Shown here in pieces: positions 8,369 to 15,907 of a DNA stretch of 26,705 nucleotides. Source of the DNA: a virus. Its lineage: Duplodnaviria; Caudoviricetes. The translations under genes were made by a program, and so were the position numbers. Positions within the stretch are counted from its first letter, which is position 1, and each line of letters begins with the position of its first letter. The DNA is taken from positions 1 through 26,705 of the IMG/VR virus record IMGVR_UViG_3300020477_001602; one strand, given 5' to 3'. A model generated the notes under the pieces. The model was not told the DNA's origin, made no database searches, and saw only the letters and a list, made by a program, of their open reading frames with translations.

Positions 8369-9089
8369 CGCTCGTCATATGTTCTAGCTCTGGCTTGTCT
8401 AGGGAGCTTCTGTTGTTGATACATCTAAAGGTTAAGTATGATTTAAAATCTTTCTTTTGTTTGTAGTATACGCTCTGGACACTTTGAATTTCCGCTTTAT
8501 CATTCTTAGATTGATATATAACCTTGTCCCTTATTATTTTATCAAAGGGTAGATCATTATCTTCGAGAAAGTATGTTGGAGAGCAAAATTCAAACTCTGG
8601 CACACACACCGAACCGTATAATGAATTATTAAATATGTATGAATCGTAAAATGGAACAGCTAAGGCAAGGTCTTTGTTGCTCCAGTATTTTTTTAAGGTT
8701 TTATAGTCTGTCCTTGGTTGATAATAGAAGCCGTCTCTCGCCGCTGACGTAAAAATTTTAATTAACCTTTTGTACCCATCTTCGTTCTTCATGAAGATTA
8801 AAATTTTACTATTCGTTTTTAAGGAATCTGAATCTTTTTGAGACATTTCGTTGCATATAGTAATTCTTAGTCCAAAAATTAATTTTAACTCTAACTCTTT
8901 TGAGTTTTTGTACGCCTCAAGGAAGCCGCTCATGCTATCATCTACTACAGTGGCTTCTTTAAGTTTATTTTCAGCGCATATATCAAAGATTGAATCTGCT
9001 TCGTCGGGTGTAGATTCGCTGTTTCTGAGCGTCAAAATTGATTTGCCAATGCTATAATGAGATTTAAAAATAGGCAAAATTTCATTCAT
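8322..9089 (-). CDS. stand-alone PHP domain of DNA polymerase III alpha (N-terminal half of split DnaE)
   Basis: KSHYSIGKS, VVDDSMSGFLEAYK, LKLIFGLRI, KNEDGYKRLIKI, FYYQPRTDY align by eye with DnaE PHP motifs (HSxYS, TDxxxxxG, KPIxGxE, AKNxxGYxNL, FYYxPRID). Confidence 0.85.
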   Translation of the reverse strand: MNEILPIFKSHYSIGKSILTLRNSESTPDEADSIFDICAENKLKEATVVDDSMSGFLEAYKNSKELELKLIFGLRITICNEMSQKDSDSLKTNSKILIFMKNEDGYKRLIKIFTSAARDGFYYQPRTDYKTLKKYWSNKDLALAVPFYDSYIFNNSLYGSVCVPEFEFCSPTYFLEDNDLPFDKIIRDKVIYQSKNDKAEIQSVQSVYYKQKKDFKSYLTFRCINNRSSLDKPELEHMTSDEFCIESWREKSDNS

Positions 9090-9097
9090 ATATTCGT

Positions 9098-9125
9098 ATA
9101 GTAATTATTTTTTTTAATAAGTCAA
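9098..9125 (-). promoter_or_regulatory. sigma70-like promoter TTGACT-N16-TACTAT
   Basis: -35 at 9125-9120 (overlaps the upstream stop), -10 at 9103-9098, ATG (9089) follows after 8 nt. Confidence 0.7.
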
Positions 9126-10096
9126 ATCCAATCGCATGGATCTTCTGGCTCTTTTCCGCTCCCTTCGGGATGCGCTGGGCATCCTTCGTACCTTTTCTTT
9201 ACCACCCTGTTTCCGTTAGTGGCCGCTGGCTCTAGCTCCTCTTTCGTAAAGGCTCCTTTGAGGATATTACCTTCTTCGTCCTCAAGAGAGTAATAATCAT
9301 ACGGTTCTAGATATGGACATTTCCAGTGAGAGCCAGCTTTGCAGAAAAACTTTGTTGCCATTTTGTCTTTTGCATAATTAGTTTTTGCTTGATCTTTTGT
9401 AAACGAATTTAATTGCTTATATATAAAAGCTAAGTAATGCTCGAAGCCTTTAAGTTGCTCTTCTGGTATGGTGATTTGTTGGAGAGGTTGGTTAGGAAAT
9501 TTTAAAAAAACAAATTCCACTTCAACATTTTTTGCAGATTTAGGCCATTTTCTTTTAGCTGCAAGCGTATATGTCATTGCTTGCATGTTAGCTTCTAAAT
9601 CTTTCTTTGAAAATTTTCTTTTGCTAGATTTATAATCAACAATTTTAATTTTATCTTTAAATTTTATTTTCTTATCTATGAATCCCATTATCTCGTATTC
9701 GGGGTCTTTGTTTTTAATTACAAATTTTATTTCAGGCTTATCCGCTTTGCCTCCTTCCCCAAAAAAGTCAGCATTAAGCCCAACGTACACCATGTCTATG
9801 CACATTTGTAAATTTTCTTCATTGAAGCAGCAGCTTTTTTTAAGTAACATTCTTAACAGCCTAACTACCGCAGGACTGCCGCTCGTATTACCCGCTTCCA
9901 TGATTGCGTCAAAACATTTCTTATGTTTTGGTAGCAAAAGGTACTCAAAAACAGTGTGGCAAACTGTACCGCGACACGCTCCGTCGTTTTGGGTTTGAGG
10001 AATTTTTTCGTGGTAATTACACCAATATTTCCAAGAGCAATCCTCGTAAGTTTTTATTCTTGAAGCTGATAATACTTTTTTTTCTTTTTTAGCCAA
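9122..10096 (-). CDS. PD-(D/E)XK nuclease, RecB/AddB/Cas4-like exonuclease
   Basis: LSASRIKTYEDC, GTVCH, GFID..IVDYKS, QAMTY, C-terminal Cys cluster; TTG start preceded by an AGGAGG Shine-Dalgarno 8 nt upstream. Confidence 0.85.
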   Translation of the reverse strand: MAKKEKKVLSASRIKTYEDCSWKYWCNYHEKIPQTQNDGACRGTVCHTVFEYLLLPKHKKCFDAIMEAGNTSGSPAVVRLLRMLLKKSCCFNEENLQMCIDMVYVGLNADFFGEGGKADKPEIKFVIKNKDPEYEIMGFIDKKIKFKDKIKIVDYKSSKRKFSKKDLEANMQAMTYTLAAKRKWPKSAKNVEVEFVFLKFPNQPLQQITIPEEQLKGFEHYLAFIYKQLNSFTKDQAKTNYAKDKMATKFFCKAGSHWKCPYLEPYDYYSLEDEEGNILKGAFTKEELEPAATNGNRVVKKRYEGCPAHPEGSGKEPEDPCDWI

Positions 10097-10117
10097 AGAC
10101 GTGTCCTCCTATGTAAG

Positions 10118-10145
10118 ATGATAAGGGTTTTTTATTTTAATACAA
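10118..10145 (-). promoter_or_regulatory. sigma70-like promoter TTGTAT-N16-TATCAT
   Basis: -35 at 10145-10140, -10 at 10123-10118, followed by AGGAGG RBS and a TTG start. Confidence 0.6.
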
Positions 10146-10152
10146 GAAATTT

Positions 10153-10788
10153 TTACGGCTCGTAACAAACTATAAGTTCTCTGTCACTTTCTACGTTCCA
10201 TGAGGGATAGTTGTTCTTAATAACTTTTATAAGATGAAGCTTATTAGCCCAAACATCTTCAATAAAATAAACAAATTTTTTAGATAAAAAGGGAGATAAA
10301 TTGTCTATAGTTTTTAGTATTGATTTGATACTGTGGTTTCCATCGTCAATCGCTATATCAATATTATCCCCCTTAAGAATGCTTTTCATTAAGCCTATGT
10401 TATCTTCAAATTGGTTGAATTCATAAATCTCTACATTTGAAAAATCCATTCCACTTTTTTGAAGGGAAGATTTATTCTGTTCTATAGTAGATAAATCAAG
10501 GTCAAGCCCTACTATTCTTCCGTTTTTAATAATATTCGACCAAATACCTAATCCTGTGCCAGCTAAGATTCCAACCTCACATAACACAAGTCTCTCTTGA
10601 AAATTAAAAAAATTTAAAAATCTAGAATAATATTCTGAGTATCCATGACACCCTTCTTCGTGGCTCATTCTATCTCCGCCAACGGCAGTCTTTCGGTTAG
10701 ACTGGCCGGGTTTACTCTTTCTCGCGTAAGAAGTAAGTCCTCCAAATTTTTTCTCTAATTCAATTAACTTGTCAGGGGAGATGTTCAT
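10153..10788 (-). CDS. class I SAM-dependent methyltransferase, sugar O-methyltransferase (MycE/TylE-like) type
   Basis: HGYSEYY, LCEVGILAG (motif I), IVGLDLD, DIAIDDGNH, YFIEDV. Confidence 0.75.
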   Translation of the reverse strand: MNISPDKLIELEKKFGGLTSYARKSKPGQSNRKTAVGGDRMSHEEGCHGYSEYYSRFLNFFNFQERLVLCEVGILAGTGLGIWSNIIKNGRIVGLDLDLSTIEQNKSSLQKSGMDFSNVEIYEFNQFEDNIGLMKSILKGDNIDIAIDDGNHSIKSILKTIDNLSPFLSKKFVYFIEDVWANKLHLIKVIKNNYPSWNVESDRELIVCYEP

Positions 10789-10895
10789 TTGTCTTTATGG
10801 AAGATCATCGAATAAATAAAAATAAATATACTTACGATAAGGTAAAATATCGTGAGAAGCAAAAGCCATATAGACTCGATTATTTTCTTTATCAT
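10785..10895 (-). CDS. small single-pass membrane protein (36 aa, MIKKIIESIWLLLLTIFYLIVSIFIFIYSMIFHKDK), not in the ORF track
   Basis: Exactly fills the intergenic gap with ATGA stop/start overlaps at both ends; one long hydrophobic stretch. Confidence 0.65.
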   Translation of the reverse strand: MIKKIIESIWLLLLTIFYLIVSIFIFIYSMIFHKDK

Positions 10896-12007
10896 ATTGT
10901 TAACCCTAAGGCTAACAAATTCTCATTAAACTCTTTGATAGGCACGTGAGAGTAAGAAAGATTGCTTGGGTATTGCGTCCAATAATCTCTGTGCTGCTCA
11001 TGATCCCCTTCAAGTTTGCCTTCTGCCATAATTTTGGCGACACTGGATATGGGGAATGCCGTTGCTTTTTGCATAGCGGTAAAGCCGTTTGGCTGATTCT
11101 CTTCGTCTCCTGCGATTAATGCATTTTTTTCCCAAGTCAATTCTCCTGCGTTAGACCAAATTTTCATCATTACAATATCAATTACTGCTGATTTTGGTTG
11201 ACACCCCTTAGCGAAAACTTCTTCCACGCAATCTGCGGAAACGTTATCTAGCAAGAACTTTGCTACATCCCTATGCCCTTGGTATCGAACTGTTCTGTAA
11301 TCGCAATTTAAAACGCCCCTCTCTTTCATTTCTTTTATCGTGTGGGAAGCGCCTCCGCTGGTATAAAAAACCTCCAAGGGGCCAAATTGATCTCCACCAT
11401 TTATAGGGAGTACCCCATCTAGCGCGGGTACTACTTTTATTTCACCATTTTCTAGCACAGTGCAGTCGTCTTTGTATTCATTTATTAATCCATCTATAGA
11501 CCAAGTATTGATGTAATTTAAGGGGGGGTTAACTCTGTGCGAAGGTAGTCCTCCTACCATCATTTTTATATTATGGACTTGGCCGTTGTGTTGTAGGGTC
11601 TTGTAGGCCCATTCAGCCATTATGTTTATCCATCCCGGCGCTAATCCTAAATCGGTAAACACTGGTTTGGTGGCTTTTTCTTTCGCGTATTCGTTTATAT
11701 TACGCGATACATCTACTCTGCCACCTAAATCGCAATAACGTACGCCGTTATCGATGCACCATTTGCCTACGGCTTCTGTTTGATGGTAGGGCAAGCTGCT
11801 AATAACCACATCTGGCTTTATCTCTACATCTAAACCCTCGCAAATCTCTTCTGAATTTTCAACAATAAAAAAATTATTATTGCCTTCTGGCATGTTGTTC
11901 GCGGCGTCTGGGTTAGCGTCCATACCCACGACTTCAAAGCCGAATTTATCCATCGCATAAGCGATAGCTTTCCCCATTCTCCCTACTCCTAATACTAGTG
12001 CTTTCAT
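10892..12007 (-). CDS. lysine 6-dehydrogenase / saccharopine dehydrogenase family oxidoreductase
   Basis: Rossmann GVGRMG, SSLPY, YCDLGG, DLGLAPGWIN, VGGLP..PPLNY..WSIDGLINEY, FYTSGG, YRTVRYQGH, TAMQKATAFP. Confidence 0.85.
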   Translation of the reverse strand: MKALVLGVGRMGKAIAYAMDKFGFEVVGMDANPDAANNMPEGNNNFFIVENSEEICEGLDVEIKPDVVISSLPYHQTEAVGKWCIDNGVRYCDLGGRVDVSRNINEYAKEKATKPVFTDLGLAPGWINIMAEWAYKTLQHNGQVHNIKMMVGGLPSHRVNPPLNYINTWSIDGLINEYKDDCTVLENGEIKVVPALDGVLPINGGDQFGPLEVFYTSGGASHTIKEMKERGVLNCDYRTVRYQGHRDVAKFLLDNVSADCVEEVFAKGCQPKSAVIDIVMMKIWSNAGELTWEKNALIAGDEENQPNGFTAMQKATAFPISSVAKIMAEGKLEGDHEQHRDYWTQYPSNLSYSHVPIKEFNENLLALGLTI

Positions 12008-12369
12008 GGTTTTCCGTAATTTACTTTCTTGTAATTAATTTTTATCTCTTTAAAGCCTTCGCTATATTTTTCAACCACTTCAGCTTTAACTCCATTGCGT
12101 TCGCAGTTTAAGTCTCTTACTTTAATAGCTAACCTTCCTATTTCTTCTAATGGTAAATCTTTTCCGCTTCTTATATCTCCTTCTGTATCCCAAAGTCTAC
12201 CGTTAACATCATACAGCCTATTAATATAATCATTTATTTCGTGAGCGTTATATTGATCTATCTCTTCTTTGTAAGCATTTAACTCTTCACTAACATCTTC
12301 AGAAGTTCTTTCCGACTTTAACTTAGTGATGGTATATCTATCCACTACTTCTGATATAGGCATTTTCAT
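12004..12369 (-). CDS. DUF6165-like helical protein
   Basis: PISEVVDRYTI..LK, VNGRLWDTEGDIR and N.ER..VK resemble the DUF6165 pattern; ATGA-coupled on both sides. Confidence 0.6.
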   Translation of the reverse strand: MKMPISEVVDRYTITKLKSERTSEDVSEELNAYKEEIDQYNAHEINDYINRLYDVNGRLWDTEGDIRSGKDLPLEEIGRLAIKVRDLNCERNGVKAEVVEKYSEGFKEIKINYKKVNYGKP

Positions 12370-12509
12370 TTCTTTGGTAATTTTACTCTCTTTCTGTGCC
12401 CGCCTTGCCCTTTATATTTCTTCATTCCTTTAGATCTGTTGCTGCATCCTTGGCGTGTTTTTTTGCCAGCAGTCTTTTGATAACCTAATCCGGATTTATT
12501 AATAGACAT
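12366..12509 (-). CDS. small basic phage protein (47 aa, MSINKSGLGYQKTAGKKTRQGCSNRSKGMKKYKGQGGHRKRVKLPKK), not in the ORF track
   Basis: GAGGAG RBS upstream; ATGA overlap with the next gene; KKTRQG...KKY(K/R)GQG motif recalled from small phage proteins. Confidence 0.75.
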   Translation of the reverse strand: MSINKSGLGYQKTAGKKTRQGCSNRSKGMKKYKGQGGHRKRVKLPKK

Positions 12510-12615
12510 ATTTGTTTACTCCTCGTTTTTTTTCTCTTTTCTTTTTTCTTTTTTCCGCTGGCGTTAGCTTTGACGGTTTCTTTTTTTCTTTTTTTCTTTT
12601 TTCTTTATTAGCCAT
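12499..12615 (-). CDS. very basic micro-protein (38 aa, MANKEKRKKEKKKPSKLTPAEKRKKKREKKRGVNKYVY), not in the ORF track
   Basis: ATG 2 nt after the ALDH stop; open frame explains the T-rich tract on the + strand. Confidence 0.6.
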   Translation of the reverse strand: MANKEKRKKEKKKPSKLTPAEKRKKKREKKRGVNKYVY

Positions 12616-12617
12616 AA

Positions 12618-14147
12618 TTATTTCATTCCTTGTGGGAAGGTTAGTTTATCAGCGTGGTTTACAGTCCAGCTAACTTCGTGCGTGACGGCCCTGTAGGTTC
12701 TGGCAGCGCTCGGGAATCCGTTGCCGGACTTTTTTACCCCGCCAAAAGAAAGGTGAGATTCTGCTGCAATTGATCCGCCATTCCAATAAATCATTCCTGC
12801 TTCGCATTCGTCTCTTAAGACTCGTGCTTTTCTAAAATCATTTGTAAGTACACCAACCGCAAGCCCGTAATCAGTATCATTATAGATACGAATGGCATCT
12901 TCGAGATCGTCAAAAGGAATAATAGCAACGTGAGGGCCAAATACTTCATTCTTTAAGTAAGGTACATCGCGCCATTCAGTTTTGTAAATCATAAAAGAAG
13001 AAAAGAATGCTCTACCATTTATATCTGTATACTTAGGTTCAAGCAAAACTTCTGCGTCTGGGTCAGAAAGAACCATGTCATTATATTTTTTAACCTTTTC
13101 AAATCCTTGTTTGTTAATTAGCGGTCCATAGTTTTGGCTTTCGTCTGGTACATAATCTACCCAACCAAGTGCGTCAGGCGTACCTGAGGTACTAACCACT
13201 TTTTGAAAGGGGTTGCCAGTTTTCAAATCAGCCGCAGCTTTAGTGAAATCTTTAGCAAATTGATCAACTATAGATCTTTGTACTATCATTCTACCGGACG
13301 AAACACATCGTTGCCCAGACAGCTTGTGTGCGCTTGCTATGGCGGCTTCTAGAGCCAGCTTAGCTTCTACGTCATCAAAGATAATACAGGCTGATTTGCT
13401 GCCCATTTCGCAAGAAGTGGTTTTGTGCCAGCTTTCTGCTGCTACCTTCCTAATGTGCTGTCCAACCTCGGCAGAACCAGTAAAACAAATATGATCGATA
13501 TCAGAGCGAGCCAAAATATCACCAGCAGAACCGTCGCCATGCACCAAGCTAACGACTCCATGAGGCAGACCAGCTTCCTCATAAATTTCGACAGCCATTT
13601 GTGTTGACATTGGAGCATCTTCGCTAGGCTTAATTATTACAGTGTTTCCTTCAACAATCGCTGGAGCAGCACACCAGTACGCCCCGATAGCTAAAGGAAA
13701 ATTAAATGGTGATATAATAGCTATTACACCCTTGGGCTTGCGAAGCATATAAGAATCTTTATCTTCTATTTCGGATGCGACAGCTTCACCGTGGGAGTAT
13801 CTACCAGAACCAAACGCAAATTGAGCCATATGTAAAGCCTCATTTACTTCTGCGATAGATTCATTATAGTTTTTTCCCGTTTCCAAGGAAATTACGGTGG
13901 CCAACTCTTCTCTTCGTCGCTCAATTATTTGAGCAACTTTATACATATAATCTGAACGTACAAATCGGCTTACTTTTTTCCATCTATCAAAAGTATTACG
14001 GGCAGATTCTACCGCTGTCTCTACTTCGATATGGCCACTTAACGGGAACGCTCCTTGAGCTTTTCCAGTAGCAGGGTTCAGTTTGGTATACATTTCTTCA
14101 GTGGCTTGCCACTTGCCGTTGATATAATTTCTTCCTTCGAATTGCAT
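12618..14147 (-). CDS. NAD(P)+-dependent aldehyde dehydrogenase (candidate alpha-aminoadipate semialdehyde dehydrogenase); start reassigned to 14147
   Basis: NYINGKW, ISPFNFP, KPSE, FTGSAEVG, EMGSKS, SGQRC (catalytic Cys), EVFGP, FGGVKKSGNG; the MQFEG start removes the overlap with the upstream gene. Confidence 0.93.
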   Translation of the reverse strand: MQFEGRNYINGKWQATEEMYTKLNPATGKAQGAFPLSGHIEVETAVESARNTFDRWKKVSRFVRSDYMYKVAQIIERRREELATVISLETGKNYNESIAEVNEALHMAQFAFGSGRYSHGEAVASEIEDKDSYMLRKPKGVIAIISPFNFPLAIGAYWCAAPAIVEGNTVIIKPSEDAPMSTQMAVEIYEEAGLPHGVVSLVHGDGSAGDILARSDIDHICFTGSAEVGQHIRKVAAESWHKTTSCEMGSKSACIIFDDVEAKLALEAAIASAHKLSGQRCVSSGRMIVQRSIVDQFAKDFTKAAADLKTGNPFQKVVSTSGTPDALGWVDYVPDESQNYGPLINKQGFEKVKKYNDMVLSDPDAEVLLEPKYTDINGRAFFSSFMIYKTEWRDVPYLKNEVFGPHVAIIPFDDLEDAIRIYNDTDYGLAVGVLTNDFRKARVLRDECEAGMIYWNGGSIAAESHLSFGGVKKSGNGFPSAARTYRAVTHEVSWTVNHADKLTFPQGMK

Positions 14148-14157
14148 GGTATGATAT

Positions 14158-14721
14158 TTACTGTTTGACTGTACTTTCCATAAGTTTCTTAACGCTGTCT
14201 TTACAAAATCCAGCGCCTTCTCTATTAATGAATTCATACATTACTCCTGTAAGTTCTGAGGGTTTCGTAAACACTTGTGTTAAATCTGGATCTTTGCATG
14301 TAATTGGTTCCTCGGAATAAAATTCTGCATACCCTTTTTCTTTCCACTCATTCATTACTAGTTGCACATCTTCAACTTGATAGGCGATATGATGAACTCC
14401 CCCTACTCCTCCTCGTTCAGCAACCCAGTCTCCAACGATAGACCCCTTTGTCCCGTCGCTAACAAAAATTTCTGGAGGAGCGTGGTATTCTAGCGCGTTT
14501 TCAACTTCTACTTCGTTAGGGGAGAAGTGAGTTTTTAAGTGCCACAAATTTGTATCTTCAACTCTATTCTCTGGAGGTGTTAGAGCTAAACAATCCGCTT
14601 TAGATCCATCATCGAAAGTTATTTCAAACTCTGTTCCTATCTTATAGCCAAACGCATTTAAAAAGAAATCAGCAGATTTACGCCTATCTTTTACCCTGTA
14701 AGCTATATGATCCAACCTCAT
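14158..14721 (-). CDS. VOC-superfamily metalloenzyme resembling the HPPD C-terminal domain / methylmalonyl-CoA epimerase
   Basis: LDHIAY (H5), GVHHIAYQVED (H111), LTQVFTKP, YEFINREGAGF (E163). Confidence 0.8.
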   Translation of the reverse strand: MRLDHIAYRVKDRRKSADFFLNAFGYKIGTEFEITFDDGSKADCLALTPPENRVEDTNLWHLKTHFSPNEVEVENALEYHAPPEIFVSDGTKGSIVGDWVAERGGVGGVHHIAYQVEDVQLVMNEWKEKGYAEFYSEEPITCKDPDLTQVFTKPSELTGVMYEFINREGAGFCKDSVKKLMESTVKQ

Positions 14722-14738
14722 GACTATTTGACTATTTA

Positions 14739-15014
14739 TTAGTTATTTTTATTCTGAGCTAATAATAAAAGGTAGTCAATAAGATTTCTTGCTTTTTTTA
14801 TTTTAATTATTTTGTTGTATTGTTTTTCTCCGATTTTAGAATTTTTCTTAGAAAATGATTTTTCCCCCCAATTTTCCCCATATCTGAAAGAATTAAATAT
14901 TTCGCTTCTTTCTTTCCCGTTTAGAGTTTCTTTAATTATTACAATGATTTCTTCGTCTTGTACGATTTCGTCAAGAGTAAGCTCTAGCTCTCTAAGATAT
15001 TCGTTTCTTTCCAT
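14739..15014 (-). CDS. hypothetical protein (91 aa)
   Basis: Co-oriented ORF between the primase and VOC genes; no motif recognised. Confidence 0.6.
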   Translation of the reverse strand: MERNEYLRELELTLDEIVQDEEIIVIIKETLNGKERSEIFNSFRYGENWGEKSFSKKNSKIGEKQYNKIIKIKKARNLIDYLLLLAQNKNN

Positions 15015-15907
15015 TCTCGTATTTCTTCTTGGCTCATGTCTCCAAAGTCGTTTTTTGTAGGAAAAGCTACTTGAATTTGGTGGGGATCAAAGTAATTTTT
15101 AAGTTTTTTTACAGCGGATTTTACAGCCTTATTGCCAGCGTTGTTATTATTTGAATCATCGTTAAAAGATACGAAAATTTTATCAGGGTCTAACTTAATT
15201 AATAAGCCGATAAATGAAGGACTTAAGTTTAATCCAAAAACTACTATAGTATTTTTTACGCCAGCCTCCCACAGAGAGAGCATGTCTCCGACGCTTTCTA
15301 TTAGTATTATTTCTTTTTTGTTTTTAATTATTGGATAATTTACTTGTAGGGGGTACTTCCATTCTGATGTTTTACCTCTATGCAACCATTTCGGAAAAGA
15401 TTTTCCTTCTGGAATTTCATTAACGTATCTACCCGTAACGCCTACTAGTTCGTTTTTAAAATTAAAAATTGGAAATACATATCTGTTTGCCATCGTTCCG
15501 TTTTTAACTACACCTCCTTTAAAAAGGTTGAGGGTATCTAAAGATACCCCCCTTGCTTTCCAGTATTCGTGATCCGGAATTATTTTTTCTAGATACGATA
15601 ATGGAAATGTTTTTCTACTAGAGACTGACGGTTTGTGCTCTCTTTTAATTTCTCCATTAATTGACCATTTATCTTTTAGGACTGTTTTGGCTTCATTAAC
15701 GCTTTTTAAATTTAAAGAAAGTTGAATGAGGTATTCAAACGAACCGCTAATCTGTTTGCTGAAATCAATAAAGTGGCCAGTATCCTTCCTAACTGAGAGA
15801 ACTGTCCCACTGCTTGAGTCGCGATATATGGGTTTCATACGAAATTCTCTCCCGTTATCCTTAATATTTGAATAACCAACGTCAAGAAGAATACTTTTAA
15901 AATCCAT
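14984..15907 (-). CDS. DNA primase (DnaG-like TOPRIM)
   Basis: RYVFPIFN..ELVGVTGR, ILIESVGDMLSL (TOPRIM Glu), FNDD..AG, NDFGD; TAATG-coupled to the helicase. Confidence 0.85.
   Translation of the reverse strand: MDFKSILLDVGYSNIKDNGREFRMKPIYRDSSSGTVLSVRKDTGHFIDFSKQISGSFEYLIQLSLNLKSVNEAKTVLKDKWSINGEIKREHKPSVSSRKTFPLSYLEKIIPDHEYWKARGVSLDTLNLFKGGVVKNGTMANRYVFPIFNFKNELVGVTGRYVNEIPEGKSFPKWLHRGKTSEWKYPLQVNYPIIKNKKEIILIESVGDMLSLWEAGVKNTIVVFGLNLSPSFIGLLIKLDPDKIFVSFNDDSNNNNAGNKAVKSAVKKLKNYFDPHQIQVAFPTKNDFGDMSQEEIREWKETNILES

Noticed and set aside
9122-10096. Cas4-like gene as part of a CRISPR-Cas system
   Set aside because: No array or other cas genes in the window; such nucleases are common in phage replication modules.
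14148-14237. N-terminal 30 aa of the listed ALDH ORF
   Set aside because: Overlaps the VOC gene; ALDH similarity starts at MQFEG (14147).
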